This document shows, in pieces, positions 29,368 through 39,789 of a stretch of DNA of 63,707 nt (the first letter of the stretch is position 1; the number at the start of each line of letters is the position of its first letter). The notes below the pieces were generated by a model that searched no databases, was not told the origin of the DNA, and saw only the letters and a program-made list of their open reading frames with translations. The position numbers and the translations under genes are program-made. The stretch is from Bdellovibrionota bacterium (lineage in GTDB: Bacteria; Bdellovibrionota_C; UBA2361; JBGSMV01), in assembly GCA_041739995.1 (NCBI GenBank), contig JBGSMV010000005.1:1-63707 (forward strand), in the 5' to 3' direction.

Positions 29368-29507
29368 GTGTCCTGACTTAAGAGTTCGATGAATTATTCT
29401 CGCCGCGCTCGCTGCTCTCTTTGTGAATCGATTTAATGAATTACACAATGAGTTCAGCGAGAACAGCGAGGAATATACTTAGATTAACTTCTGAATCAGG
29501 ACACTAG
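29368..29507 (+). mobile_element. MITE-like ~140-bp repeat, copy 3
   Basis: Terminal inverted repeats GTGTCCTGA...TCAGGACAC(TAG); same core as copies 1 and 2. Confidence 0.8.
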
Positions 29508-29537
29508 AGACCTAGAACCTGTCGGGGATAAGAGCGA

Positions 29538-30548
29538 ATGACTTCTAAACGTAGACTTGCGGTATGGGGCGCGACTGGCCTGGTCGGCAACGAACTTATC
29601 GTGTTGCTGGACCAAAAAGGCTCCTGTTTTTCGGAGATTCGCCTCTTCGCGTCCGAGGAGTCACAAGGAGAGCTCTATAAGATTGGAAACGACGAAGTTA
29701 GTGTAGAGACGCTTGGAAGCAATTCCTTCGAGGGAATCGACATTGCGATTTGCGCAACTCCGGCGAGTGTTGCCGCCACACTTATTCCGGAGGCCTTGAA
29801 AGCTGGTGTCACCGTAATCGATTGTGCCGGTGGCGGGGAACTCTCTGAGGGCTCAATCCTGCTTTGCCCCGAAGTCAATGCACAACAGCTGACTCGGGAA
29901 GCACGGCACGTGGTCATGCCGAGCCCCGCTTCGTCTCAGCTCGCGAGAGTTCTGAAGGTGATAAATGACTTCGCGGGCCTCAAGCAGGTTTTTGTCACTT
30001 CACTGCACGCCACGTCAGGAGCAGGGAAGAGCGCCCTCGATGAACTTTGGAATCAAACGCTTGCGATCTTCAACCAGAAGGCAGTTGAGGAAGAGGAGCT
30101 TGAACATCAAATCGCCTTTAATTGTATCCCGCAAATAGACCTGTTCCTTGAACACGGGGAGACTCGAGAAGAGGCTCGTATCATTAGTGAGACGCGCTCG
30201 TTGCTTGGGGTTCCCCATCTTCCGATTGGGGTCACTTCGGTGCGCGTCCCTGTGCTGTATGGATATGCCCAAGCGGTGCACTTTGCTTGTGAGAAGCCGA
30301 TTACGAGCGAGCAGTGTATCGAGTTATTGGGTGCACACCCTGATGTTCAGGTTTATCCGCATGCGAACGACTATCCCATGCCGCTTAACGTGGTAGGAAC
30401 CGACGAAGTTCATGTTGGCCGGATTCGAGCGGATAGTGCGGTCGCAAACGGTATGGCCTGTTGGATTGTTGCCGATAATGTGCGCCGTGGACTTGCGCTG
30501 AATGCACTAAGAAGCGCTGAACTTTTGGCGGAAAGCTTCTCTCATTAA
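29538..30548 (+). CDS. Aspartate-semialdehyde dehydrogenase-like protein (Usg-like; catalytic Cys/His absent)
   Basis: GATGLVG, SGAG, QIAFNCIPQID, VRVPV, VGRIR, ADNVRRG.ALNA; NPNC replaced by MPSP; directly upstream of truA. Confidence 0.85.
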   Translation: MTSKRRLAVWGATGLVGNELIVLLDQKGSCFSEIRLFASEESQGELYKIGNDEVSVETLGSNSFEGIDIAICATPASVAATLIPEALKAGVTVIDCAGGGELSEGSILLCPEVNAQQLTREARHVVMPSPASSQLARVLKVINDFAGLKQVFVTSLHATSGAGKSALDELWNQTLAIFNQKAVEEEELEHQIAFNCIPQIDLFLEHGETREEARIISETRSLLGVPHLPIGVTSVRVPVLYGYAQAVHFACEKPITSEQCIELLGAHPDVQVYPHANDYPMPLNVVGTDEVHVGRIRADSAVANGMACWIVADNVRRGLALNALRSAELLAESFSH

Positions 30549-30562
30549 GGCCGAGCGATGCC

Positions 30563-31435
30563 ATGGCGCAGGGTAGTGAACGGAACGAGGACAACCCGTC
30601 TTCTGGGATCTGCACCCGAAATATTAGGCTCGTTGTCGAGTATGACGGGGCCCCCTTTAGTGGTTGGCAGGTTCAACCGGGCCAGCGCACAGTGCAAGGA
30701 GTTCTTTCTACAGCGCTGAGCACCGTTTTGCGGCGACCCATTGGAGCTTTGCATGTCGCCGGAAGAACCGACGCAGGAGTCCATGCACGTGGGCAAGTAT
30801 TAAATTTCTCCCTTGAGATCCCTTCTGATCAAGAACTTCATCTTTCGAGAGTCGCTCATTCAGTAAGCGAGCTTCTGCGCGGTGAAGTCTCCGTGCTCTA
30901 CGCTGATGAGGTTGCGCCGATGTTTCACGCCAGAACCTCGGCCGTATGCAAGCAGTACAGTTACCGCATGGTGGTGCGCGATCGGCCACTGGTCTTGGAC
31001 AAGGCGCATGCTCATCTTCTCAGAAGCTCGATCAATATTGATCGCATGATAGCCGAGGCGCCAAGCTTAGTGGGCACGCATGACCTTTCTAGTTTTCGTG
31101 CATCTGACTGTCGCGCGCTCGATCCAGTTCGAGAGATCCTCGAAAGTGAACTCGTTTTCGAAGCCCCGTACCTTGTGTACCGAGTGGTTGGACGAGGGTT
31201 TCTCAAGCAGACGGTGCGCGCAGTGGTGGGAACACTGATTAAGCTTGGTAAGGGGAGCGAAACAGAGGCCGGCGCTCAAACACTTAAAAGTATAATCGCA
31301 GCTCGGGACCGCCGTGTCGCTGGCGTAACTGCTCCCCCGCAAGGGCTCGTTCTCGATTGGGTGCATTATCCAGAGCCCTTCACGTTACCGGCGCCTTTCT
31401 GTTGGCAGGCTGCACCGTGTTTCCATGCAGCTTAA
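30563..31435 (+). CDS. truA: tRNA pseudouridine(38-40) synthase
   Basis: YDGAPFSGWQ.Q, AGRTDAGVHA.GQ, FHAR, GFLK..VR..VG, TAPPQGL. Confidence 0.95.
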   Translation: MAQGSERNEDNPSSGICTRNIRLVVEYDGAPFSGWQVQPGQRTVQGVLSTALSTVLRRPIGALHVAGRTDAGVHARGQVLNFSLEIPSDQELHLSRVAHSVSELLRGEVSVLYADEVAPMFHARTSAVCKQYSYRMVVRDRPLVLDKAHAHLLRSSINIDRMIAEAPSLVGTHDLSSFRASDCRALDPVREILESELVFEAPYLVYRVVGRGFLKQTVRAVVGTLIKLGKGSETEAGAQTLKSIIAARDRRVAGVTAPPQGLVLDWVHYPEPFTLPAPFCWQAAPCFHAA

Positions 31436-31499
31436 AGTTTCCAGGCTGCTCCAAGAGCGTCCCAACAAGCACGAGGTTGAAGGGGGAGAGAACGCAGCC

Positions 31500-32201
31500 T
31501 CAAGCACCAAGCACAGCGGTCGCAAGCTCATACAGAATGTTCCAAAGAGCGGTGACCAGAGCGAGCAGTCCTGAAACTCCACTTGAAACCCAGGCTCCAA
31601 CAATGCTGAAGATGGTGAGGTTCATGGCGATAATATACAGGACGCCGACTCCGTAACCGCCTCGAATGCCGCTAATGTCGGTCTGCACAGGAGAGATGTC
31701 ACGAACGTTGAGAGCGGCGTCTGCACCCCAGACTAGGCCTGCGACAAGGAGCAGCGAGGTCAGGCTTTCTGGTAAGGCGAGCGCCGCAAGCGGAATGCCT
31801 ACTATGCTAAAGAGCGGCAACCAATAGGGCGCGAGCGCGATGAAAGCGTTATATGCAGCGGTTTGCTTTGTGTATTCATAGGTAAACGAACCGGAGCGAT
31901 CAGCGACTTTAAATCGTTTGGCTCGATTTCCGGCGAGATTAGAAATAACTGAATGCTTTAGCTCATGAATGAAGACGCAAAAGCGTTCGGGGAATAAATA
32001 TCGTGCCACCAGAAAGCCAACGACGCTTCCTCCCGCGAAGCTGGCCCAGCGTGGCAGGGTCGCCAGGCTCTGCAGAGATATGAGCGTTAAGGAATTAAGA
32101 AAGCCAAGCACGCACAAGAAAGTGAGGGAAACAAAAAATGCGAGCCCACCGACCCGGTTGGTGTGGGAAAGTTCTTTGGCGCCTTCTTTTCGATCGTTCA
32201 T
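31500..32201 (-). CDS. Membrane protein with M50-like HExxH metallopeptidase motif
   Basis: Multiple TM helices, FIHELKH, IALAPYW, QTD. Confidence 0.6.
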   Translation of the reverse strand: MNDRKEGAKELSHTNRVGGLAFFVSLTFLCVLGFLNSLTLISLQSLATLPRWASFAGGSVVGFLVARYLFPERFCVFIHELKHSVISNLAGNRAKRFKVADRSGSFTYEYTKQTAAYNAFIALAPYWLPLFSIVGIPLAALALPESLTSLLLVAGLVWGADAALNVRDISPVQTDISGIRGGYGVGVLYIIAMNLTIFSIVGAWVSSGVSGLLALVTALWNILYELATAVLGA

Positions 32202-32297
32202 CGCTAAAGGCCTTCTGCGGTAAGAACACTTCGCTTAAGCGCGGCAATCGCCTACTCCAGGCTCCCTCTCATGCGGGAACTCTCGGCAAGCAGCCAC

Positions 32298-33476
32298 TTA
32301 CTCAAGCGCTGCAAATCCAGGGAGCCCTTTTCCTTCGAGGAGAGCAAGGAAAGCACCGCCGCCCGTCGAGATAAAGGAAAACTTATGTTCAAGTTCCATC
32401 TTGTGAATCGCAGCGTCGGTGTCACCACCGCCTACTACTTTTAGGCCATGCGCCGAAGCGACTGACTCGATCATGTCGGTAGTGCCTTTGGAGAACTCTT
32501 CGTTCTCACATACCCCCATTGGGCCGTTCCATACGATGGTTTCAGTGTTCTGTAGGGCCGTTCGATAGAGAAGGTTCGTGGCGGGCCCGATGTCGAGCGC
32601 CATTTGATCTGCTGGAATTTCAAGGGAGGTTACAGTTCGCGCTAGGCCCTTTGAAGTTGGCGAGGGAGCGACCAATAAATCCACTGGCAGATACAATTTG
32701 CAATCGCGTCGAGCCAGGGTGCCCAGAAGTTCAAGTGCCTTTGGGAAGTACTCTTGTTCGAAAAGTGAGCGTCCCACCTGCAGCCCTTGAGCGGCTAAGA
32801 AGGTGTTCGCCATTGCTCCACCGATGATCAGCTTGTCGGCTTTTTGGGCCAGGTTCATCAGAACATTAAATTTGGTTGAGATCTTAGAGCCGCCCAAGAC
32901 CACGCATAGTGGACGCTTCGGATTTACCAGAGCCTTCTCATAAAATTCCATTTCCTTCTGCATCAGAAGGCCCGCGGCTTTTTCCTTGAAGAGTCGTGGC
33001 ACGCCTACCATTGAGGCATGCTTGCGGTGGGCTGTGGCGAACGCATCCGAGATAAACACATCTCCGAGGCGAGCGAGTTGTTGGGAGAAGTTGGCGTCGT
33101 TTTGCTTCTCGCCGGGATGGAAACGCAGGTTCTCAAGTACCAGGACTTGCCCAGGCTCTAGCGCTTTACTCATCGCTTCGACTTCAGGGCCTACACAGTC
33201 AGGCGCGAGGCGTACGTCAAATCCTGAAAGTTTTGCGAGCCGCATAGCGCAAGGCTTGAGGGAGAACTTCGGATCGCGCTTCGGCGGGTCTTCGAAGTGA
33301 GACATTACGATTGGTTTGCCGCCGTGCTCGACAATGTATTTGAGTGTGGGCAGAAACTGGGAGATGCGGTTGTCGTCAAGAATACTCAAATCGTCTTTCA
33401 ACGGAACGTTGAGATCTGCGCGGATAAGTACGCGTTTGCCTTCGAGAGAGAGATCCTTCAAGTATCGCATAGTCAT
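32298..33476 (-). CDS. pgk: Phosphoglycerate kinase
   Basis: RADLNVP, LENLRFH, DAFATAHR.HAS, GGSK, WNGPMG, GGGDT, STGGGA. Confidence 0.95.
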   Translation of the reverse strand: MTMRYLKDLSLEGKRVLIRADLNVPLKDDLSILDDNRISQFLPTLKYIVEHGGKPIVMSHFEDPPKRDPKFSLKPCAMRLAKLSGFDVRLAPDCVGPEVEAMSKALEPGQVLVLENLRFHPGEKQNDANFSQQLARLGDVFISDAFATAHRKHASMVGVPRLFKEKAAGLLMQKEMEFYEKALVNPKRPLCVVLGGSKISTKFNVLMNLAQKADKLIIGGAMANTFLAAQGLQVGRSLFEQEYFPKALELLGTLARRDCKLYLPVDLLVAPSPTSKGLARTVTSLEIPADQMALDIGPATNLLYRTALQNTETIVWNGPMGVCENEEFSKGTTDMIESVASAHGLKVVGGGDTDAAIHKMELEHKFSFISTGGGAFLALLEGKGLPGFAALE

Positions 33477-33754
33477 AAGGTGTTTATATCAAATCTTATT
33501 CGGAGGCTGTTCTGGCCGTTTCATTTCTCTTGCAACCGCTAGAGACGTACGCTTCTCTTTTTCCGCGGGCTCGATCGCATACCGATGAGGCACTTGTTCT
33601 CTGCCCAATGTTTTTATTCTACTGCACCATTCAAAAATGGTCATCATTGGTACGATGTATTATCCATCACCAGGGGCACAATGCCAACTTATGTGGGCCA
33701 ACTTATATGGGCCTGTCTATGTGAACTTCGCTTACGTAGACTCCCAAAGTGCGG

Positions 33755-34561
33755 TTAGATGCCGGAATCATCGTCAATGAAGAGCGTTTCGAGACCGAAT
33801 TGACGCTCAATTTCCTCTCCAAGCGAGCGGACTCCAAACGTTTCGGTCTGATAATGTCCGCAAAACAGAGCATTTATGCCTAGCTCCTGAGTGGCGTGAT
33901 AGACCTCATGCTTAAACTCACCAGAAATGATCAAATCGAGACCAGCAGCCGCGGCGAGTGGCAGTCCACTGCTTCCTGAACCACTTAAAAAGCCCACGCT
34001 CTTGACAAGATCCTTGCCCGACGAAAAAAGTCTTGGGAGACCGCATGTTTCGCTTTTGGTCCCACGCACTAGCTCCTTCGCTCGTTGAGCGATTGCCTCA
34101 AGCCGGAGAGGGGTAACAAACTCGCCGCGACAGCCGATGTGAGCGCCGCCAAACTCGAAAAAGGGCACGAGGCTTTGTGCACCAAAGTATTTGGCAAGGC
34201 CAACGTTGTTACCGAACTCCATATGTCCGTCGAGGGGTAGGTGTGAGGTGTAGAGAGAGAGTTCGCCACGCATTAGTAGCGAAATCTTTCGACCCAATGC
34301 ACCCACCAGCGCCGACTCTTTGCCCCAAAACAGCCCGTGGTGAACGACAAGCATCTGAGCTCCTCGATCTATGGCCTGCCGTATAGTGGATTCGCCGGCG
34401 TCTACCGCAAGCGCGACACGAGAGACGGGCGCGGGGGTAGGGCGCGATTTGGGGTGCGCCCAACTCGCATCGACCTGTAGCCCATTGACGGAGTTGTCTG
34501 CGAAACGAGTGGTTTCGAGCAGCTGGTCTAAATACTGTACAATTTCGGGAAGCTGTGTCAT
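33755..34561 (-). CDS. Nif3-like dinuclear metal-centre protein (YbgI family)
   Basis: NGLQV, VHHGLFW, HLPLDGH..GNN, GHYQTETFG. Confidence 0.93.
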   Translation of the reverse strand: MTQLPEIVQYLDQLLETTRFADNSVNGLQVDASWAHPKSRPTPAPVSRVALAVDAGESTIRQAIDRGAQMLVVHHGLFWGKESALVGALGRKISLLMRGELSLYTSHLPLDGHMEFGNNVGLAKYFGAQSLVPFFEFGGAHIGCRGEFVTPLRLEAIAQRAKELVRGTKSETCGLPRLFSSGKDLVKSVGFLSGSGSSGLPLAAAAGLDLIISGEFKHEVYHATQELGINALFCGHYQTETFGVRSLGEEIERQFGLETLFIDDDSGI

Positions 34562-34598
34562 GACGAGGCTCCTAACACTGTCTTTTGGTAACTATAGT

Positions 34599-35489
34599 AT
34601 GGGCTGGTTCTCTCGAGCAAAGGCTCCGAAATCGATTCCTGATACGCCGCTCGCGGTGGAAGGCCTTGAGGTGGAGGATGGGTCCGATCGTCTTCAGATG
34701 CCAGACGATATTTGGACGAAGTGCCCCACCTGCAGTGCCATCCTCTATACCAAGGAGCTTCGCCGTAGTTTCGGCGTTTGCCTCAAGTGCGGTTATCACT
34801 TTCGCCTGAAAGCCAGGCAGCGCATTCCTCTCCTTACCGATCGGCATTCATTCATAGAAATTGATATTAATCTCCGCTCCACTGACCCTTTGAATTTTCG
34901 TGATACAAAAAAGTACAAGGAGCGGCTCAAGAAAGCTGAAAAATCAAGTGGTTCCATCGAAGCGGTTATTACTGGGCGTGGAAGAATGATGAATATCCCC
35001 ATTGCGCTTGGGGTTTTCGAATTCGGATTCCTGGGCGGCAGCATGGGCTCGGTAGTGGGTGAGAAGCTGGCCCGTATGGTTGAGATTGCACGCGACGAGC
35101 GCCGCCCTGCCATAATTGTGTCAGCGTCCGGTGGGGCGCGAATGCAAGAAGGAATCTTCTCGCTCATGCAGATGGCCAAGGTCAGCGCCGCTCTCGCGAG
35201 ATTGGGAGAGGCTCACATCCCCTACATCTCTGTGTTAACGGATCCCACTACTGGGGGCGTTGCTGCTTCATTTGCCATGTTGGGTGATGTGATCATCGCT
35301 GAGCCTAAGGCGCTAATCGGATTTGCCGGTCCCCGAGTAATCGAGCAGACCATTCGACAGAAGCTACCGGAAGGCTTCCAGCGCTCCGAATTTCTGCTTA
35401 CCCACGGGATGATCGACCGCATAGTGCAGCGCGCGACTATGAAAGAAGAGATCGCTCAAATTATTCGAAACTTCGGATTTTCAGCTTGA
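34599..35489 (+). CDS. accD: Acetyl-CoA carboxylase carboxyltransferase beta subunit
   Basis: WTKCPTC...CLKCGYHFR zinc finger, GGSMGSVVGEK, SGGARMQEG, FAGPRVIEQT. Confidence 0.96.
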   Translation: MGWFSRAKAPKSIPDTPLAVEGLEVEDGSDRLQMPDDIWTKCPTCSAILYTKELRRSFGVCLKCGYHFRLKARQRIPLLTDRHSFIEIDINLRSTDPLNFRDTKKYKERLKKAEKSSGSIEAVITGRGRMMNIPIALGVFEFGFLGGSMGSVVGEKLARMVEIARDERRPAIIVSASGGARMQEGIFSLMQMAKVSAALARLGEAHIPYISVLTDPTTGGVAASFAMLGDVIIAEPKALIGFAGPRVIEQTIRQKLPEGFQRSEFLLTHGMIDRIVQRATMKEEIAQIIRNFGFSA

Positions 35490-35807
35490 GACCTGTTTTT
35501 TATGGCGCATTCCAGAATGCGAGCAGGGAATTTTTGGGCTATCCGACGAGGCACGCTTATTCAATACTTCTGTTCTATTGGGCAGCCAAATCCACTAGGT
35601 CTCTGGGCGAACGGCCTGTCAGCAAGCGGATTCGATCCCGCGAGCCTAAGGGGTGGCGAGAGTCTTCCTCTGTAGTTGAGTAAGGTTTTTGTATGAACGA
35701 GGCGGCAGAGGGCAACGGTTAATTTGGTCCCGCTGAGAATTGTTCGGCTCGGAGATCTAAGTTCTGTTTTAGATATACCTAAGGCGATATTTACTGCGAG
35801 TTTCTCC

Positions 35808-38426
35808 ATGCATGAAATTCAATTCTGTACTTTGCGCTTTCTCTCCCGCTGCGGCTTCCGTTTTTATCCGAGGGTGCTGGCAAACAGTGCTCTGACCCCC
35901 TACGTTTTCTTGCTGTTCTCACTTTTCATTCCGCTGGATCTGGCAAGTCTGAGTTTTTCGTCATTCGCCCACGCCCAAATTTCTCCCAGCCAAGAGGTGA
36001 GCCCTCCGCGTGCTGAGCCCCTCTTTAACGAAGATGCACGCGACGAGAAGGTTCTAAAGAAGCAGAACCTTGGGGCGGTCATGCGGCGCGATCAGCCTCC
36101 GAACAGCGAAGTAAATTTTGACGCTTCGGAAGTGCAATTCGACAGAGATTCAAACATCGTGAAAGGTTCGAAGGGAGTGCTCATCTCTGGAAACGGCTTA
36201 CAGGCGCAGGCCGAACAGGGCTCATTGAATCTCACGACGAAAGACGCCAAGCTTGAAGGGCAGGTGGTTATTTCCGATGCAAATGGAAGGGTTCTTGCCG
36301 AGCACGCCGAATTGAACGTGGAGAGCGAGACCGGGAGTTTTAGCAACACTCGTTTTGAGCTTGAAGAGACGGGTTTTGTGGTTAACGCCGAAAAGGCCAA
36401 GCGTCTTTCAGAAACTGAGTACGAAATAACCGACGGGCGATTGACTACATGCCAATGTGATTCTGAGAACGGTGACGATGAGAGCGTCCCCTGGCAGATT
36501 AAGACGGGACGTTGCCACATTACGCAGGAAGGCTACGCGCATGCTTATGACTCCAGCCTCGAGATGTTCGGAGTTCCCGTATTCTACACGCCGTATTTTG
36601 GATTCCCGGCAAAGAGCGAGAGAACTTCCGGCCTGTTGGCACCCTCGGTCGGTTATAGTGACACCGAAGGTATGCTCTTGCACCTGCCCACTTTCATCGT
36701 AATCGATGAGAGTACTGATATGACGGTAACCCCGTTCCTAGAATCAAAATCCCGAGTCGGTTCGGCGGTGGAATTTAGGAAAGAATTCTCGCGTGAGAGT
36801 AACTTAAAATCTCGGGTTATTTATTCGAATGAGTCGCTTCGAGGCGACGACCTTCAAGGTACAGTGCCCTCAGGCTACGACTTCACTAAAGATGATACTC
36901 CTTGGGACACGAATCGATTCGGAGGTTTTCTCTCTCAAGGGTGGCGCTCAGAGCCGGGGGCGGAGTGGGGAAGTTCACTCGTTTCTGATATTCATCTCGT
37001 GAGCGACGATCTGTTTTTGAGAGAAATAGACGATTCAGAAATCGGTAGTCGCCAATCTCAGTACACCACGTCGTCTGTTGCGGGCAGTACCTCGTTCGGC
37101 GAAATGGGGTCTCTCACTGTTCGCGGAGAGTTCAATCAGTCATTTGAGATTGACGACGATCTAGTTTTGCAGCGCCTGCCGGAAGCCAAGTTCCAAACGT
37201 CGAGAACATATCGTCCCTTTGGAGTGAATCAGCTAGGATTTAAGCTCACCCCAAAACTTGCGGTGAGTACCACTGACTTTGTAAGACGAGACGGGTATGA
37301 TGGATTTCGAACTGATCTCGCTCCATCAGTGACTGCGCCGATTCGCTACAAAAACTATTTTCAAAGTGCAGCGTCGGTCGGGACCAACCAGACTTATTAC
37401 AATCTCTCCGAGACCGTAGACCCTAGTACCGGGGAGAAACTGGATGGCAATCAGACTCGTACAGTCCCCACGTTTTCATATTCTATCGGGACAGGCGTCG
37501 AGCGAGTGTTTGAACTTGCGCCCGACAGTTGGCTTACCGAAATTGCCGGTCTTGGGAAGGATAACCGAGATGTGAAGCTCGCTCGTATGAAGCATAAGAT
37601 TGAGCCGTTTATAAGCTATCTGTATGTCCCCAAAGTCAGTCAGGGAGATCTCCCCTTGTTCGACTCTTTCGATCGCGTCCGCGAGCGCAGTTCGGTTACT
37701 TATGGGTTTACGACCACATTGTTAGGGCGTTTAGTAACGAACACGGTGACCTCTCAGGAAATTCCGGAACTTGCACCGCGTATCGAGGACTTACCTGCCT
37801 TTGCGGTTGATCAGCCCTTTGAGGATCTCGGTCTCACCGCCGCGGATCCGACTTTCGCTAACGTCAGCGCCAGAGAGGGGCAGATTCGACGCTTGGCAGT
37901 TCTTAGAGTGCGTCAAAACTACGATTACTTTGATGATGAAGCGAATAGTCAGCGCGAAGAGGGAGAGCCAGAGATTCGGGCCTTTTCTGACGTCGGTGTG
38001 GATATCGGGATATTCCCGAGCAACTACTTTGGGCTTTTGATTGCCACGAACATTAACCAAGAGGATTCCGAATTCTCGTCATGGAATATGGTGGCGAGTT
38101 TGCGCACTGATCGAGGAGATGCCTTGAGATCTCGCGTGAGCTACGTCAACGATTCGGTAAGTCAAATTGAGGGAAACCTTGAAGTCGTTTTGACCCATCG
38201 GGTGCGGGCTGCCTATTATACTCGCTATGATGAGCTCGAGAGCGAGTTCATCGAGAATCGAGTAGGGCTTAGAGTCCGAAGTGACTGTGACTGCTGGTAT
38301 TTTGACGTTGGAGTGGTCGATACCATCAACCCAGATCAGCAGTCTGTGATGGCAAGCTTCACCTTCGCCGGGCTGGGCTCCGTTGGTCAGGGCTTTATGC
38401 TCGGCCAAAATGATGCCTCACAGTAG
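35808..38426 (+). CDS. lptD: LPS-assembly protein LptD
   Basis: OstA-like N domain, TTC...W, PVFYTPY...RTSGLLAP, beta-barrel with C-terminal CDCW; start uncertain. Confidence 0.85.
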   Translation: MHEIQFCTLRFLSRCGFRFYPRVLANSALTPYVFLLFSLFIPLDLASLSFSSFAHAQISPSQEVSPPRAEPLFNEDARDEKVLKKQNLGAVMRRDQPPNSEVNFDASEVQFDRDSNIVKGSKGVLISGNGLQAQAEQGSLNLTTKDAKLEGQVVISDANGRVLAEHAELNVESETGSFSNTRFELEETGFVVNAEKAKRLSETEYEITDGRLTTCQCDSENGDDESVPWQIKTGRCHITQEGYAHAYDSSLEMFGVPVFYTPYFGFPAKSERTSGLLAPSVGYSDTEGMLLHLPTFIVIDESTDMTVTPFLESKSRVGSAVEFRKEFSRESNLKSRVIYSNESLRGDDLQGTVPSGYDFTKDDTPWDTNRFGGFLSQGWRSEPGAEWGSSLVSDIHLVSDDLFLREIDDSEIGSRQSQYTTSSVAGSTSFGEMGSLTVRGEFNQSFEIDDDLVLQRLPEAKFQTSRTYRPFGVNQLGFKLTPKLAVSTTDFVRRDGYDGFRTDLAPSVTAPIRYKNYFQSAASVGTNQTYYNLSETVDPSTGEKLDGNQTRTVPTFSYSIGTGVERVFELAPDSWLTEIAGLGKDNRDVKLARMKHKIEPFISYLYVPKVSQGDLPLFDSFDRVRERSSVTYGFTTTLLGRLVTNTVTSQEIPELAPRIEDLPAFAVDQPFEDLGLTAADPTFANVSAREGQIRRLAVLRVRQNYDYFDDEANSQREEGEPEIRAFSDVGVDIGIFPSNYFGLLIATNINQEDSEFSSWNMVASLRTDRGDALRSRVSYVNDSVSQIEGNLEVVLTHRVRAAYYTRYDELESEFIENRVGLRVRSDCDCWYFDVGVVDTINPDQQSVMASFTFAGLGSVGQGFMLGQNDASQ

Positions 38427-38748
38427 ATACGTCACAGTCGCTGTCTGATATTCTCTTAGTCACGAAAGGGTCGAGAGGCGCAACATTGCAGATTTGGCCA
38501 AGGGCCATAGCTTATACGCCTGCAGCAATGGCGCAGGCGAAGCCTATTGGGGCTTAGCGCTGATGAGCTTCAATATTTGTAATTGGTTAGCGCCCTGGCA
38601 AGTTTTGATCTTAGAGGCGACTCTCCGTTAGGCTAGGGGGCAGGCTCCGATTCGAATGGTCCGGAATTATTGGGGCCGAGGGATGAGAGCTTGGGCAGGC
38701 GAGATCCATAGAGAGTCCCCAGAGAGAGTAGTGAAGGAACTAAATGTT

Positions 38749-39789
38749 ATGACAAACGTACTGATCACCGGAGCTGCTGGTTTTATTGGCAGCAATCTTG
38801 TTCACCTTCTTGCTGAGGTTCGACCAAGTTGGAAGGTGCATGCCTTAGATCTGCTCACTTACGCGGGAAATCTCAAGAACCTTGACGGTCTTCTTAAAGA
38901 GAAGAAAATCTCGTTCTCAAAGGTTGATATTGCCGACCAATCAGCAGTGACCGAGCTATTTGCATCACAGAAATTTGATTTAGTTTTTCATCTCGCCGCT
39001 GAGAGCCATGTAGACCGATCTATCCTCAGTGCGTCTGAGTTCGTGCGGACCAATGTGGTCGGTACGCAGTGCCTGCTCAACGCGGCTCTTGAGCAGCATC
39101 GTGCCGGAAATATGATTCGATTCGTACACATCTCAACTGATGAGGTGTACGGTTCCTTGGGACCCACAGGAGTGTTTACCGAAGAGACGCCGCTTGATCC
39201 AACTAGTCCTTATGCCGCCTCTAAGGCATCGTCGGACTTGTTGGTACAAGCGATGGGTCGCACCCACAAGCTTGATACGGTTATTACTCGATGTACAAAC
39301 AACTACGGCCCCTACCAATTTCCAGAAAAGTTTATTCCTTTATTTGTCACTCATTGCCTCGAAGGGCGGAAACTTCCGCTGTATGGCAATGGGACAAACG
39401 TGAGAAGTTGGATTCATGTCAGGGATCACTGCGAAGGGTTGCTCAGTGCGGCTGAGCGCGGGAAATCCGGAGAGGTCTATAACCTGGGCGGAACACCTGA
39501 AGCTGAGCTTGCCAACGTCGCGGTGGCGCGACTTATCATGGAAGAGTTAAACGCACCTCCGGAGCTTCTCCAGTTAGTGGCAGACCGTCCCGCGCATGAT
39601 TTCCGGTATGCGGTTGATACGGCTAAGGCGCGGCGTGAGCTTTCTTGGGAACCGCAGCACAAATTCCGCGAAGGGCTGCGACATACGATTGCTTGGTATC
39701 AGAGCGAGAGAGCCTGGTGGGAAGAGATCGTCTCGGGTGAGTATCGCAAGTTCTACGATCAAAATTATAGCAGCCGGAGATGCGCGTGA
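38749..39789 (+). CDS. rfbB: dTDP-glucose 4,6-dehydratase
   Basis: TGAAGFIG, DLLTYAGN, AAESHVDRSI, STDEVYG, YAASK, NNYGPYQFPEK. Confidence 0.96.
   Translation: MTNVLITGAAGFIGSNLVHLLAEVRPSWKVHALDLLTYAGNLKNLDGLLKEKKISFSKVDIADQSAVTELFASQKFDLVFHLAAESHVDRSILSASEFVRTNVVGTQCLLNAALEQHRAGNMIRFVHISTDEVYGSLGPTGVFTEETPLDPTSPYAASKASSDLLVQAMGRTHKLDTVITRCTNNYGPYQFPEKFIPLFVTHCLEGRKLPLYGNGTNVRSWIHVRDHCEGLLSAAERGKSGEVYNLGGTPEAELANVAVARLIMEELNAPPELLQLVADRPAHDFRYAVDTAKARRELSWEPQHKFREGLRHTIAWYQSERAWWEEIVSGEYRKFYDQNYSSRRCA

Noticed and set aside
34371..34598. Long N-terminal extension on AccD
   Set aside because: Overlaps the divergent Nif3 gene; the natural start is MGWF at 34599
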